Shown here: positions 12,649 to 23,893 of the stretch, piece after piece
Layout: the number at the start of each line of letters is the position of its first letter
Position numbering within the stretch: the stretch's first letter is position 1
Assembly (NCBI GenBank): GCA_036867785.1
Contig: CP145415.1
Span: forward strand, 310,001-374,000
Origin: Plasmodiophora brassicae
Lineage: Eukaryota
DNA: 64,000 nucleotides
Reading direction: 5' to 3'
Program-made: the position numbers and the translations under genes
Notes under the pieces: generated by a model
What the model was told of the DNA's origin: nothing
Seen by the model: the letters and a program-made list of their open reading frames with translations, nothing else
Database searches by the model: none

Positions 12649-13220
12649 TTCGGATTAGAGTTGGCAAGCGATCTCCCAGGTAAGTGGCCCAGCAAGCCGG
12701 TCGACACCTTTGCCGGCCTGGCAGTGGGTACCTAGAACTGGCGAGTCGGCCCTGGAAGCGATCCCGGTGCGCGCCGGGGCCGGCAAGGCAATATATTGTG
12801 GAACTGCATGCGCCTGTCGAGGTCCACCCCTAGCGGAGATTCACTCACGGCCTACAGTGCGGGAAGTCTATACGCAGTAAATAAGTCCCGGCTTCTACAG
12901 AGGACTTGGGATATCGAAATGTAAGGAGAAAAGTTGCGGCTTGATGCGAGGAAACCGCTGGCCCCGGTATTACCGGGATGGCCGAAAATAATCAAACCGC
13001 CCGGAAGAAATCAAACGCCGAGCGAAGCTAGGCGCCTCCGACCAGTCGATATTCAAAATGCACGTTCGAGGTACTCCTAGTGATTGTGCAGAGGAATGGA
13101 AGGATCTGTCTAGCAGCGGGCCACGAATGAATGTCTATTGACTATTGTGAATCCTTGCGCCTGCGGATGCTGACTCGCGTGACGAAGTCTGCGGGAGAAG
13201 TGGGGCATTTGTCCCTATCC

Positions 13221-14110
13221 CTAATGCCGGGACACTTGGCCACCGGCGACGGCGTCATATTGATCCTGGTGATGAACGACTACCGTCGGTCCCCATCGAA
13301 TTTGTATGATGGTTTCCGCGTTAAGCAACCTTGGCGCAGACTGCCTGGCAACCATTGCAGGCGCGACCCGCACCATATTAGAATCGAGCATAGCAGATCG
13401 CCGGAGATTGTCGATGGCTGTTTGATACTTCCGGCGGTCAGCAAGGATCGAATCGGCCATTGACATCCTTTTCAATCGATGCTCAATAAAAACGGTCGTC
13501 TTTGTAGAACAGTTGAACCGTTGATATAAACGAAGTCACCGTTCTCGTCAACATCATGCCGTCGCCTACAAAGGCGGTCGGCAGACAGATTCCGAAACGT
13601 TCGGACCAGATAGTAATTCAGCAGTTTGAGGTCATCGGCATGGGAGAAATTTACGAATGGCAACACGATGCCAAGCCTGCCGGCGAGAAAGCGATCAGAT
13701 GGACTCAGCTGAATGTTGCTGAGTTTCCGACACGCAGTCACCACTGCACTCGTCTCAACAACCAAAGGACTGGGAACTATGCCGAAACTTTCGCCCAATG
13801 GCGCGAAGTCTGCCGGAATGACACGATCCGGATATTCGACATAGCCACGAGAAATTCTCGTGAAGAGTTGGATGTCGTCTTCGATCCAAGAGTGATGATG
13901 CTGACGATCTGGAATGTATCCCCGGTTTCGCTTCACGGTGTTGCTGTAACGATAATATCGCCATCGAGTATTTGCCTCAAGGCGCTCGGAGCCAATACTG
14001 AACGAGTCGAAGTGCTTCCAGTTCACGTGGAAATTTGCCTCGACATCGTTCTCGCCTCGTAACGTTCGATATGTCATCAAACCGTTAGCATCGAGTCCGT
14101 CCTCAAAATA
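13221..14110 (-). pseudogene. 3' half of a degenerate transposase-like gene (partner half at 27465-28970)
   Basis: YFEDGLDANGLMTYRTLRGENDVEANFH...KHFDSFS...INGSTVLQRRP; frameshifted. Confidence 0.55.
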
Positions 14111-14321
14111 TTCTAGTATGCCTCGTTTTCACCCAAAATGGAACTGCCGCGGCGGGTGCCACGGAGATTTTCACATTGCGGTTGCCGGCTACCTACAGTG
14201 TTTACCGTAATTGTCACGACTCAACGACGACGCGTTGACCGACTGCCGTCGGTCCCCGCTCGCACGGACTTTATTCCGGCGCCGACCTGCTATGTCGACG
14301 CCTGACACTACGACTGTCCTG

Positions 14322-17300
14322 TTAACGGGACGTTTTCCGGCGCCGTTGTGCGGGTCCAGGTTTCGCCGGGTGGAGAGTGTGGAACTCTGCTATTGCTTGA
14401 TCCATCCCTCCCGTGCCACAAAGCGTTCCGGCCGGTTCCCATGTCCTCTCGGACGGCGGGTAGCCCTCCCAATCGATCAAATACTGAAGACGCCCCCGTC
14501 GGTACCTTGAGTCCAGGATGTTGTTGACTAGGTAGAGGGGTTCCGCCTCCCCATCGACCACGATAGGATCTGGTGGCGGCTGGTGGCGGCCGGGTATGAC
14601 GCTGGCGACGTACGGTTCCAGAAGGGACGCATGGAACACATTGTGGATCCGACAGGTCGGCGGCAACTCGAGCTCGTACGCAACGGCGTTGATGACTTTC
14701 GCTACGGGATATGGGCCTAACATACGGACGTCGAGTTTGTCACAAGGTCGGCCCGTTCGTAAGGCCCCCTTCCGTAGCATGACCAGGTCGCCGGGCTTGT
14801 AGGACGGGTGCGGGCTGCGACGAGCATCGGCGAACCGCTTCATCGCGTGGATCGCGTTGGACAGGTTCTGCTTCAGCACTGTGCGTAGCGTATGCAGGAA
14901 CTCCGCGCGCTCATCCGCTGACGGATTCGAAGATGCGGAGGTTCGCGGTCGTAGATCGTGGAACGCCGGGTGATACCCGTAATTGGCGAAGAACGGGGAC
15001 ATCCCCGTCGATGAGTGACAGGCGTCATTGTACGCGAATTCGGCGATGGGCAACCAAGAGGCCCAATCATCCTGCTGGAAATTTACGTACGTTCGTAGGT
15101 ACTGCTCGAGGGTCTGGTTGACCCGCTCGGCCGTTTGGCCATCCGATTCTGGGTGACGCGCCGAAGACAGATTCCGCTGGACGCCGAGCCGGTTCAGCAG
15201 TTGCTTCCAAAACTTCGATATGAACTGGGGTCCCCTGTCGGAGACGATGTCGGTCGGCAGCCCGTGCAAACGGAAGATGTTGCAGAGGAACAGGTCCGCC
15301 AGCTGGGCCGCCGTCGTCGTCTCGTTACATGGGATGAAGTGCGCCATCTTAGAGAAACGATCAACAACCACCAGTATTGAATCGAACCCGATGGATCGTG
15401 GAAGTTTGACGATGAAGTCCATCGAAATGGACGACCAGAGCGCTGTCGGAAGTGGTAACGGTGTAAGAAGGCCAGCGGGCTTGTGACGTGGTATCTTACA
15501 TCGCCGGCAGGTGTCACAGGACGCGACGTAGTCCTTGACATACGACCGGAGCTGGCACCACCAGAACTCGCGTTGGACTAAGCGCAAAGTCTTCCACAAA
15601 CCGAGATGACCAGCGGCGGGCGAGTCATGCAAGGTCTGAAGGATCTCGAGCTAATTGCAATCGTCCCCGACCACGATGAGACGGTGATCCCTGTAGAGCA
15701 GGCCGTCGATTAATCGGAAGCGGCGTCCTTTCGGAGTGTCGACGAGTGCCTTCATCTTCGCGACATAGGCATCCGTCGCCTGCTGCCGCCGAATGCGCTC
15801 AATCAAGGGTACCGAGCTGTTCTCCGGCTGCAAGGCGCTGATGGTATGCCCGAGCGGGCCGGGAAGAAAGTGTTCCGGAGACAGCATGCGGAGGGAGCGT
15901 TGGACCATCTCTTCTTCCTCGCGCGAGGGCTGGTACTCTGGTCGGCGGGACAGGGCGTCCGCCTTACCGTGAAGTCGTCCAGGGCGGTGTTGGATACGAA
16001 AATCGAATTCGCCCAGCAGCTCGGACCACCGCGCTTGCCGCCGGGAGAGTTTCTGCGTGCTGAGGAAGTATTCCAGGTTCCGGTGATCACTGTGGACCAG
16101 GGTCTGGTGCTGCGCGGAATCGAGGAACTGGCGCCACTTCTCAAACGACTGAACAATCGCTAACATCTCCTTATCGTGAATCTTGTAGTTGAGCTCCTCC
16201 TTCGTCAACTTTCGAGAGTAGAACGCGAGTGGTCGCAGCTCATCGTCCGCGTCCCGCTGGGAGAGGACCATAGCAATAGCGAAGTCCGACGCGTCGGTCT
16301 CCACCTCGCAGGGCCGATCGGGGTGAAAGTGGGCCAGGACTGGGGCCGACGTAAAGGCGGCTTGTAAGGAGCGGAAGGCGTCCTGTTCCCGATCAGTCCA
16401 GCGGAAGGCGACGTCTTCACGAGTAAGATTGGTTAACGGTAGAGCAATCTCGCCGAAGTGAGGAATGAATTTGCGGTAGAAATTCGCGAAGCCCAGGAAG
16501 ACGCGGACGCCGTTCGCGTCCTTGGGTGGTTCCCACGCCAATATGGTATCCACACGGGACTGATCGAGGCGAACTCCTGCAGCGGAGATGACGTAGCCCA
16601 GGAACTCGACTTCCCGAGCGTCGAAGGAGCACTTGGAAAGCTTCGCGCTCAGATTGGCCTGTCGTAGGCGGTCGAGGACGAGTTTAACGTGCCGTTCGTG
16701 CTCCTGTGCGTCGCGAGAGAACACGAGGATGTCGTCGAGATAGACGACAACGAATACGTCAACATAATCCCGGAATAGATCGTTCATAAAGCCTTGAAAT
16801 GCTGCCGGGCCGTTGGACAGCCCGAAAGGCATCACCAGGTACTCGAACAGGCCGTATGGCGTGCGGAACGCGGTTTTCCATTCGTCACCGTCACGGATAC
16901 GGATCTGGTTGTAAGCGCCACGAAGGTCAATCTTCGTGAACACGCGCGCCGCGCTCAGTTGCGCCAGGATCTGGTCGATGAGAGGTATCGGGTAGCGGTT
17001 CTTCACGGTAGCCGCATTCAGGCCCCGATAGTCGACACAGAGGCGAAGAGAGCCATCCTTCTTTTTTGCGAAGAGGATCGGTGCCCCCGCTGACGACTTC
17101 GATGGGCGAATGAACCCCGATTCCAAGTTTGCCTTCAGGTACTGTTTGAGAGCAACTTGTTCCCTCGGAGATAGCCCGTACAAGCGACCAAACGGGGGTT
17201 CCATGCCCGGTTTCAGGTCGATACAACAGTCGTATGGGCGATGAGCAGGTAAGGACGTGGCCCCGGTTTCGTCGAAGACATCCGTAAACTCAGCGTACTT

Positions 17301-18857
17301 GTCTGGAAGATGGGGCGAGTCGTCTGGTTCTTCGAGCGGTGTCCACATCGTGTGGACCGCGTAACACGCCGAACCGTCCTCCGCAGCCGCATCCAGGAAT
17401 GCATCGATATCGAGCGCGCAAACGTCGATGCATGCGGGGTCTTGCGGCACGGCTGCAGCACCAACGACTTCGTCGTCGTCGGCGTCGGAATCCACCCCGG
17501 TCGCGGACGCAGGTTCGTCGAAAGGCGGCCAAGGTGTCCGGTCACAAGGTGCAGTGTCCAGCCAGGCCTCAAAGGCAGCGTCTCGCCTGGTTTCCCATGC
17601 GCGCAGGAGGGCTGCCGAGGCGAGGATCTGAGTAGCCGCTTGCCGTTCGGAAAGTTGCTGGCGAGCATCGCGAAGCAGACCCCATAAGACGACACCGCGC
17701 CGAACCCATAACGCATCGGGAGATGTAGTCGGGGTTGCGGCCTCGGTGGTAACGGTTGCCATGCTGCGCCGGCTAAGGGGTGGGCGGCGGCACCCACCAC
17801 GCCATTCGGCTGGCCGGCGATGGCACGAATGACCGGATCGAATTGGAGATCGACTCGCGGCAGAAGTCGACGACGTGGCCACGTTTGCAGACGCGGGGCC
17901 CTCGGTCGCGGCTGGGTTGACAGGCCCATCGCGGACGGTGGGTCGGCAACCGTTCAGGGGTGCGGACAAGGAAATCCAGGCGAAACAAGCGCCGAAACCG
18001 CATCCCAGTAGCGCGAGCCGAAAGATCCAGGCGACAAGGGCGCCGGAGCAGAGACAGACAAGGAGAGGCAGTAGCGCTATGCAAACCAGCCACAGGCCCA
18101 CAAAACATAATCGAAGGCCAGATGTGACCCACGATTCAGCCGCCACCGAGGCTGGGGTGTGGGTCACGGCCGACAAGACGGAACCGCCATCAGTTCGCTG
18201 TTGACGCGGAGAGCAGGCATCGGCGCGCTGGTCCAAGGTGAACGCAGGAGGATCCGACGGGCGAGAAGCTCCCTCAGCGACTCGGCTCTCGCCTACCGGA
18301 ATCATGGGGTCGACCTTGTCTAGCGTCGATACTGTAAGAGGTGAGCGACGTGGCGGAGCCGGTGTCGATGTTGGGGTCGCCGAGTCACGGCGGGCAGCAG
18401 ATCGCTGACGCCAGTCGATCACCGGATTATGGTGTTCGAGCCACGGCATCCCGAGAATGATGGGATGGTTGGGAGCGCGGATCACATTCAAAATCAAGTT
18501 GCTGTCCTGGAACTGACCGTCGACCCTCACAGCCATGGGTAGCGTCTCCTGCGACACCGGCGGTAGGGCCCTGCCATCAACCACTTTGACAGCAATCGCC
18601 TGCTGCTTCGCAACGCAGGGAATGTCGTTCGACCGAGCGAAGGACCAGTCGACGAACGACGACGTAGCGCCACAATCGATAAGGGCCTTAGTCGAGATGA
18701 CACGTGATGCGATAAATAGCTGAATGGGGACAGTGCCAGACGGGACGAATCGTACGCTGGAATAAATAGAAGAGATAAAGAGGCAATCGGGTCCAAGAAT
18801 GTCGTCATGTAGTGGGTGATCCGCGAACCCGGCTCGGATCACCCGCGAACATTTCCC
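14322..18857 (-). pseudogene. pol: Pol of element A (PR-RT-RH-IN-chromo), -1 frame to gag, one in-frame stop
   Basis: [59 protein letters not shown] at 15651-15653 from a 3-nt insertion. Confidence 0.9.
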
Positions 18858-19771
18858 GGCTGGGACCGGGGGCACTGGTTCGCCATGTGTCCCGGTTCGC
18901 GACAGCGAAAACAGCGGCCTTCGCGGCGACAACGGTCCCGCTCCTCGTCGGTCAGCGGCTGCAGCGCGCTTGTGGCCACGGTCAAAATCGCAGTCGACGG
19001 CACCGGGAACAGCGGCGCCAGATGGACCGCCTTATCCACCATGGCGGAGAAGCTGCGCAGCTGCCACTTGTACAGCTCCTCGGCCAGCGCAGGGGTCAGC
19101 GATGTGCGCAGCTTCTCGGCCAGCGAGGAGTCGCTTAGACGGCAGTCCGGGTCGCGGGCGACAGCGACAAAGTAGCGGCGACGAAACTCCACGAGATGCC
19201 CGGCAAACGGGCCCGTCTGGCGCAGGGCGTCGAATTCAGCCTTGGCGCGCGCGGCAGTGATCTCCGGAAAGTTCTCCAGGAGCATTGTCTTGAGGGCCTG
19301 CGGGGACGATGGCTTGATAGCCACGTACAGCTTCAGCGCCACGCCGTCCAGGCTCGACGCCAACAGGCTCCTGGCCGCATTCGACAGCGGTGCCGTTGAC
19401 GTCGGATCCGCGTCAGCGAAGCGACAAAACTCGTCGAACCACGTCGTCGCAGACATTGGATCGACCGAGTCATCGCCCGTGAACGTGTGCAGCCGGACTG
19501 GTGTCGAGTACGATATGGTCGATAAGGGAGTCGGCGGTCGATCAGGATCAATGGTTTCGGTCTTGGGGACGATGGACGGGCTGGCGGCGACCTGCGCCAA
19601 GATCTCAGCGCGCTGCTGCCGGAGCATGGCGTCGATGTCGGCGCGCTGTGCCTGGAGCGCCTCCGCTACGATCGCCGCGATCGTGCTGGTCAGCGCCGAT
19701 ACGGGTGTGTTCAATGGCTCCTCGTCGGGGTCCTGGTGATCGCGGTTGCGTTGGGTTCCACGGGTGTCCAT
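18839..19771 (-). CDS. gag: Gag of element A
   Basis: 310 aa; CCHC knuckle CFRCREPGHMANQC. Confidence 0.9.
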   Translation of the reverse strand: MDTRGTQRNRDHQDPDEEPLNTPVSALTSTIAAIVAEALQAQRADIDAMLRQQRAEILAQVAASPSIVPKTETIDPDRPPTPLSTISYSTPVRLHTFTGDDSVDPMSATTWFDEFCRFADADPTSTAPLSNAARSLLASSLDGVALKLYVAIKPSSPQALKTMLLENFPEITAARAKAEFDALRQTGPFAGHLVEFRRRYFVAVARDPDCRLSDSSLAEKLRTSLTPALAEELYKWQLRSFSAMVDKAVHLAPLFPVPSTAILTVATSALQPLTDEERDRCRREGRCFRCREPGHMANQCPRSQPGNVRG

Positions 19772-20179
19772 GGTGAAGGTCGGTCAAACTGTCACGACTC
19801 AACGACGACGCGTTGACCGACTGCCGTCGGTCCCCGCTCGCACGGACTTTATTCCGGCGCCGACCTGCTATGTCGACGCCTGACAGTAATTACCGTATTT
19901 TCACATGAACAATCCCCCCCCCCCCCCCCAAATGTTTCTGCGCGCAGTTTTTGCGCCAGTCGAGTACCCCGAGGGGGGATATGTAAGTGTAACTTCCACT
20001 CAATTTCAGGTTTCCAGCCGTAAACTTCGGCATCTTTGTTGTAGATGTTTTCTAGATAACGTGGATGTTTTTTGTTTGGATTTTCCAAGAGACACTGCAA
20101 CGCACGGCGCCTTTGTCCATGCGCTTGGTCGGCAACCATTGCATTTTCGCGCGTTTTTTGAGAGTTGGACAGTCGTACG

Positions 20180-21549
20180 ATGCCGACGTCGGAGGGAGAA
20201 CGGGCGCGGAAGAGCAGGCGATGCGTCTGGACGGTCAAGCAGAAGCGATCCCTAGTGCGCGAGTCGTTCGGGGGTACAGTTAAAGGCACGGCTCGTAAGT
20301 ACGACATTTCGTCGAAACAAATACGGGACTGGCGCCGTAATGTCATGGGATCCGACAACGAAACAATCGAATCGTCTGATGAGGATGGAGCACCGGTGAG
20401 CTTCAAATCCTTCAGTCGCAAGACGTCTGTACGGAAAACCCGATCCCATGGGCGTGCCTCCAGCTTGCCGGTCGCTGTCCAGGAAGCTATCGAAGCGCGA
20501 GTCATCGAGCTTGAGGCGCTGGACGTTAATATCAACGTCCGGTCCATCTACTTGTACGCCAAGGGGTCAGGCCGGTGTCTGTATTATGCCTTCCAGTATT
20601 TGTAACCGAGTTTGCTAGGGCGTTCCCAGAGTTTGCCGCATCTGTGACCAATGAGAAGACGGCAGAACAGAAAATCCGGCGCTTTCTCAACAACAACGGA
20701 AAGCTGGTGACACGGCGGTACACGCGCACCGCTCAGAACACGCGCCACAATGAGGCGGTTGTGCAGGAGTACGTCAAGGTCACAAAGGACCTCATTGACA
20801 TGCTCGGAATCCGTGATCCACGATTGGTGTTGAATATGGATGAGACACCAATGCCCTTCGATATGCCGAAGGCATGGACTCTTGCGAGAAAGGGCAGCAG
20901 AACAGTTCCCTGCAAGACCACCAGCAACGCCAATCGCGCAACTGTGTGCATCACCGTTTCGCTGGCAGGAGACAAGCTGCCTCTTCTGCTCATCTTTAAA
21001 GGTAAGACTGTTTTGTCTCCAATGCATCAATGGATCCTTGAAGTGTAACGTTGTGATGGGTTTGTAGGCAAACCGGGTGCGCGTGTTGAGAAGGAGATGA
21101 AGCGGTTGGACGACCAGATGAACGACGGCCACCGCTGCATTGTCCAGTCTTCATCCTGGAATGATGAAAGGGGCATGCAGGTGTATGCAGACGAAATCTT
21201 TGGTCCCTGGATCGGAAACCGTCCCGTGACATCGCTGATGCTCCTCGACGACTTCGCTGCTCACAAGTGTACCCCTGTGCGAGACGCATTTGCCAGGTAT
21301 GGTGCAGAGGTCGACATCATTCCACCATCGTACACGGGACGTCTCCAGGCGGTGGATGTGGGCATCAACAAGCCGTTCAAGGATAGGATCCGAACTCTCT
21401 GGGACGCGTGGATGATTGAAGAGCTGACGGCGCGACCAGGCACGGCGCCCAAAGTGTCAAGGCCGCTCATTCGCCAATGGGCGGTTCAGGCGTGGCGTGA
21501 GATCCCGCAGGAAATGATCACAGCGACGTGGCGAAAAATCGGACTCTAG
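20180..21549 (+). CDS. pogo DDD transposase (HTH + DDE_1), 3 exons
   Basis: Introns 20566-20618 and 21002-21067 restore the frame; catalytic motifs NMDET, LLDDFAAH, QAVDVGINKPFK. Confidence 0.88.
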
Positions 21550-21556
21550 CAATCCT

Positions 21557-21970
21557 TTAATGTGATTGAATACAATTCGCTTGGATCAGCTCTGCGCAAA
21601 CGCACACTGCACTACCACCACGAAGATGTGATCGTCTTCTTGTTTGAAGGAAGGGGCTGAGGTCTCCTAGACTTTCCACGATGAGGATCTTGCCGAGGAA
21701 GTCGTTCTTACGCCAGAGCATTGATATCGGCATGAAGGCGACTCGGCAGGGATTGTTTCCGAATGTATGAACAGCGACAGCATCTTCGAGGGAAACAGGA
21801 ACGAGGACGCCGTCGACAACTTCATGGCGTTGAACTACGGCTGGAACAAGCTTGAGCTTATCGTCGACCTGGACGCTTTTACCGCAGCCGTCAGGGTGCC
21901 GTTCGCAGCTACGTCCGCTGTCGTTATACAGTAGACCGACAATCTCCAGCCGCAAGGCCAACGCGTCCAT
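21557..21970 (-). CDS. Second (cargo) ORF inside pogo element, HIRAN-like
   Basis: 137 aa intact ORF convergent on the transposase: LEIVGL...GRSCERH..CG...EDAVAV...CRVAFMP. Confidence 0.6.
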   Translation of the reverse strand: MDALALRLEIVGLLYNDSGRSCERHPDGCGKSVQVDDKLKLVPAVVQRHEVVDGVLVPVSLEDAVAVHTFGNNPCRVAFMPISMLWRKNDFLGKILIVESLGDLSPFLQTRRRSHLRGGSAVCVCAELIQANCIQSH

Positions 21971-22317
21971 CCTCAGTCCGTAACGTCCGCGCCACGCATG
22001 ATCCGGCGGGGGGTACTATTCAAGGGGGGATTGTTCATGTGAAAATACGATAGTCTGTATCAGACTACCTAATTAGGTGTTAGCAGTTTTCGACCCCCAA
22101 CCCTTGATTAGTGTGTATAACACTAAATGGGAATTAACACTATATAGGTGCTGGCATGAATACTGTGATACACACTATTTATTTTGACACGTAATTAGTG
22201 TGTATAGGCATACGCAGCGCCGCAGTGCGAGTCGGCCCTCACGGATGCCTCAGGTGCTGGACGCTGAGCCCGCAGGGACCCGGAATTCATTGCATTCAGT
22301 TCAGGTGAGATACAACG

Positions 22318-23870
22318 ATGGCTCCAGCTGCATCATCATCGTCGCAAGCGTTGTCGGTATTTTCAGCGTCACCTATTGCTGCCGCATTTGCTCGCTCGCA
22401 GCTGCATTAGCAGCAGCGACAGCCCCATCAAGTGCCGCGAGATCCGGAACAGCAACAAGGCGACGGTGCCGAAGAGGAGATCAGGACTGAAGAGAAGTCT
22501 GACCATGAAGGTGATGCGATCAATGGCGGAGACTGGCAACGCGTGTCGGGGGCACTCAAGGATCCCGGCAAAACATTCTTCCTCAAACATGCTGCTGACT
22601 GGGTGAAGTACGTTGACTCCTTCGCAATGAGAATGGGCTGAAATACGCCATGATCCATTGCGGTTTGTCTAAGGATGTCATTGGCGGATGGCGCATCCAG
22701 CAGTTATCGCCTGCATCCGGTGTGGATGCAGGAACGATGCAGACCCATAATTTGCCACGGACCCTCCCGGACCGGGATGCAGAGTGGATGTAGGGCTAAC
22801 CGTCTGCAACCAACGTGCATCTTCCTGGTGATCCAGGTTAGATGTAAGAAACCTGTTGTTTTTCGAACCTCAAGAGAAGCCGATTTTCCTGCAACCGTCT
22901 TGCATCTCGAAGCTGGAACGCGAACAACGATTCAATGTTCTGAATATCAACTGGTGAATGATTCACGTCGCCTGCCGTATTCGTTGTGGTTAGTCTCGAC
23001 GCATGGCAATGCGAATCGAGGTTGGACTACGAACTAAATATCACATTTCTCATTAAACGCATGTGCCGTGTGACAACAAGTCGGCCTTGTTGTTTACTCA
23101 AACGGAATAGTCGAAATTGGCGAGTCTGGAATCATGTTGGAACGGTTCAATACGCAAACGAACTCGATCGGGTCGTTGGTGCGGTACCGCTTGTTCGTGC
23201 TTCCAACTCGGTTCTCGCGGGCGACCGTGCTGGACACGAGGACAACATTATTTGGAACGGCCTGTTCTATGGGAAACCATGGACTGAATGCACAGGTGAA
23301 CAATGTATCCAAGGAGGCAGACGCCCGCTGTTTCCTGGTCAACATGCTCAATCAGCCACCACCTGGAGAAGTTAGAGCAACTGGTGGACACGCAGGTGTG
23401 ACAGAACACCAACCTATTACAGTAGAATAAATCCAGAAGGAATGGTGAGCCATCTTGCTCTGGTTCACAAGAGAAACAGACCCGTGCCACCCTACGGATA
23501 GCACCAAGGTACTGCACCCCGTCCGCGACAGCGAGTTTGTTTAGTTTAGTTTTATTTGTTTTTCGCGCTTTTTCATCACGCAGGCGCCTCGGTCTCGAGT
23601 CCGAGGATCGAAGGTTCAGCAGCAGAACGCCAACATCACCCGGCCTGGCCGTGCCGGCCCGTCACCTTTGTACTGGGTTCATCGCGCCTTGGACGATATC
23701 GGAACGGGACGTGATTCGCTCGGACTTGTCGACTGCACTCTTGTCGTACCTCTTTCGCCATACCGCCTATGCCGGGGAGCCGACATACACTTGTTACGGG
23801 CCGTTCTTTTACCTTCCAGACGCTCAAGCGAGACCCCTAATGGCTCTGGCACTTTGGGCTGCCTGATCAG
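22318..23870 (+). pseudogene. Degenerate MULE/SWIM-type transposase remnant
   Basis: Fragmented ORFs with FAR1/ZSWIM-like pieces (WVKYVDSFA, RFSRATVLDT); many stops and frameshifts. Confidence 0.3.
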
Positions 23871-23893
23871 TAAACACACCCCTTCAACATTTA

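Larger units (their letters stand above)
14212..19885 (-). mobile_element. Ty3/Gypsy chromovirus element A, full length
   Basis: Identical 96-bp TG..CA LTRs at 14212-14307 and 19790-19885; 5-bp TSD GTAAT (14207-14211, 19886-19890); gag, PR, RT, RH, IN, chromodomain. Confidence 0.96.
19893..22050 (+). mobile_element. pogo/Tigger-like DNA transposon (Tc1/mariner superfamily)
   Basis: TIRs CCGTATTTTCACATGAACAATCCCCCC / GGGGGGATTGTTCATGTGAAAATACGA flanked by TA on both sides. Confidence 0.9.

Noticed and set aside
14105-14200. Helitron 3' end (CTAG) or Tc1 terminus (TACAGTG) at the junction
   Set aside because: No convincing hairpin/AT target or matching partner terminus
15651-15653. Programmed stop-codon readthrough in element A pol
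   Set aside because: Sister elements B and C read [16 protein letters not shown] without a stop, so it is a copy-specific lesion
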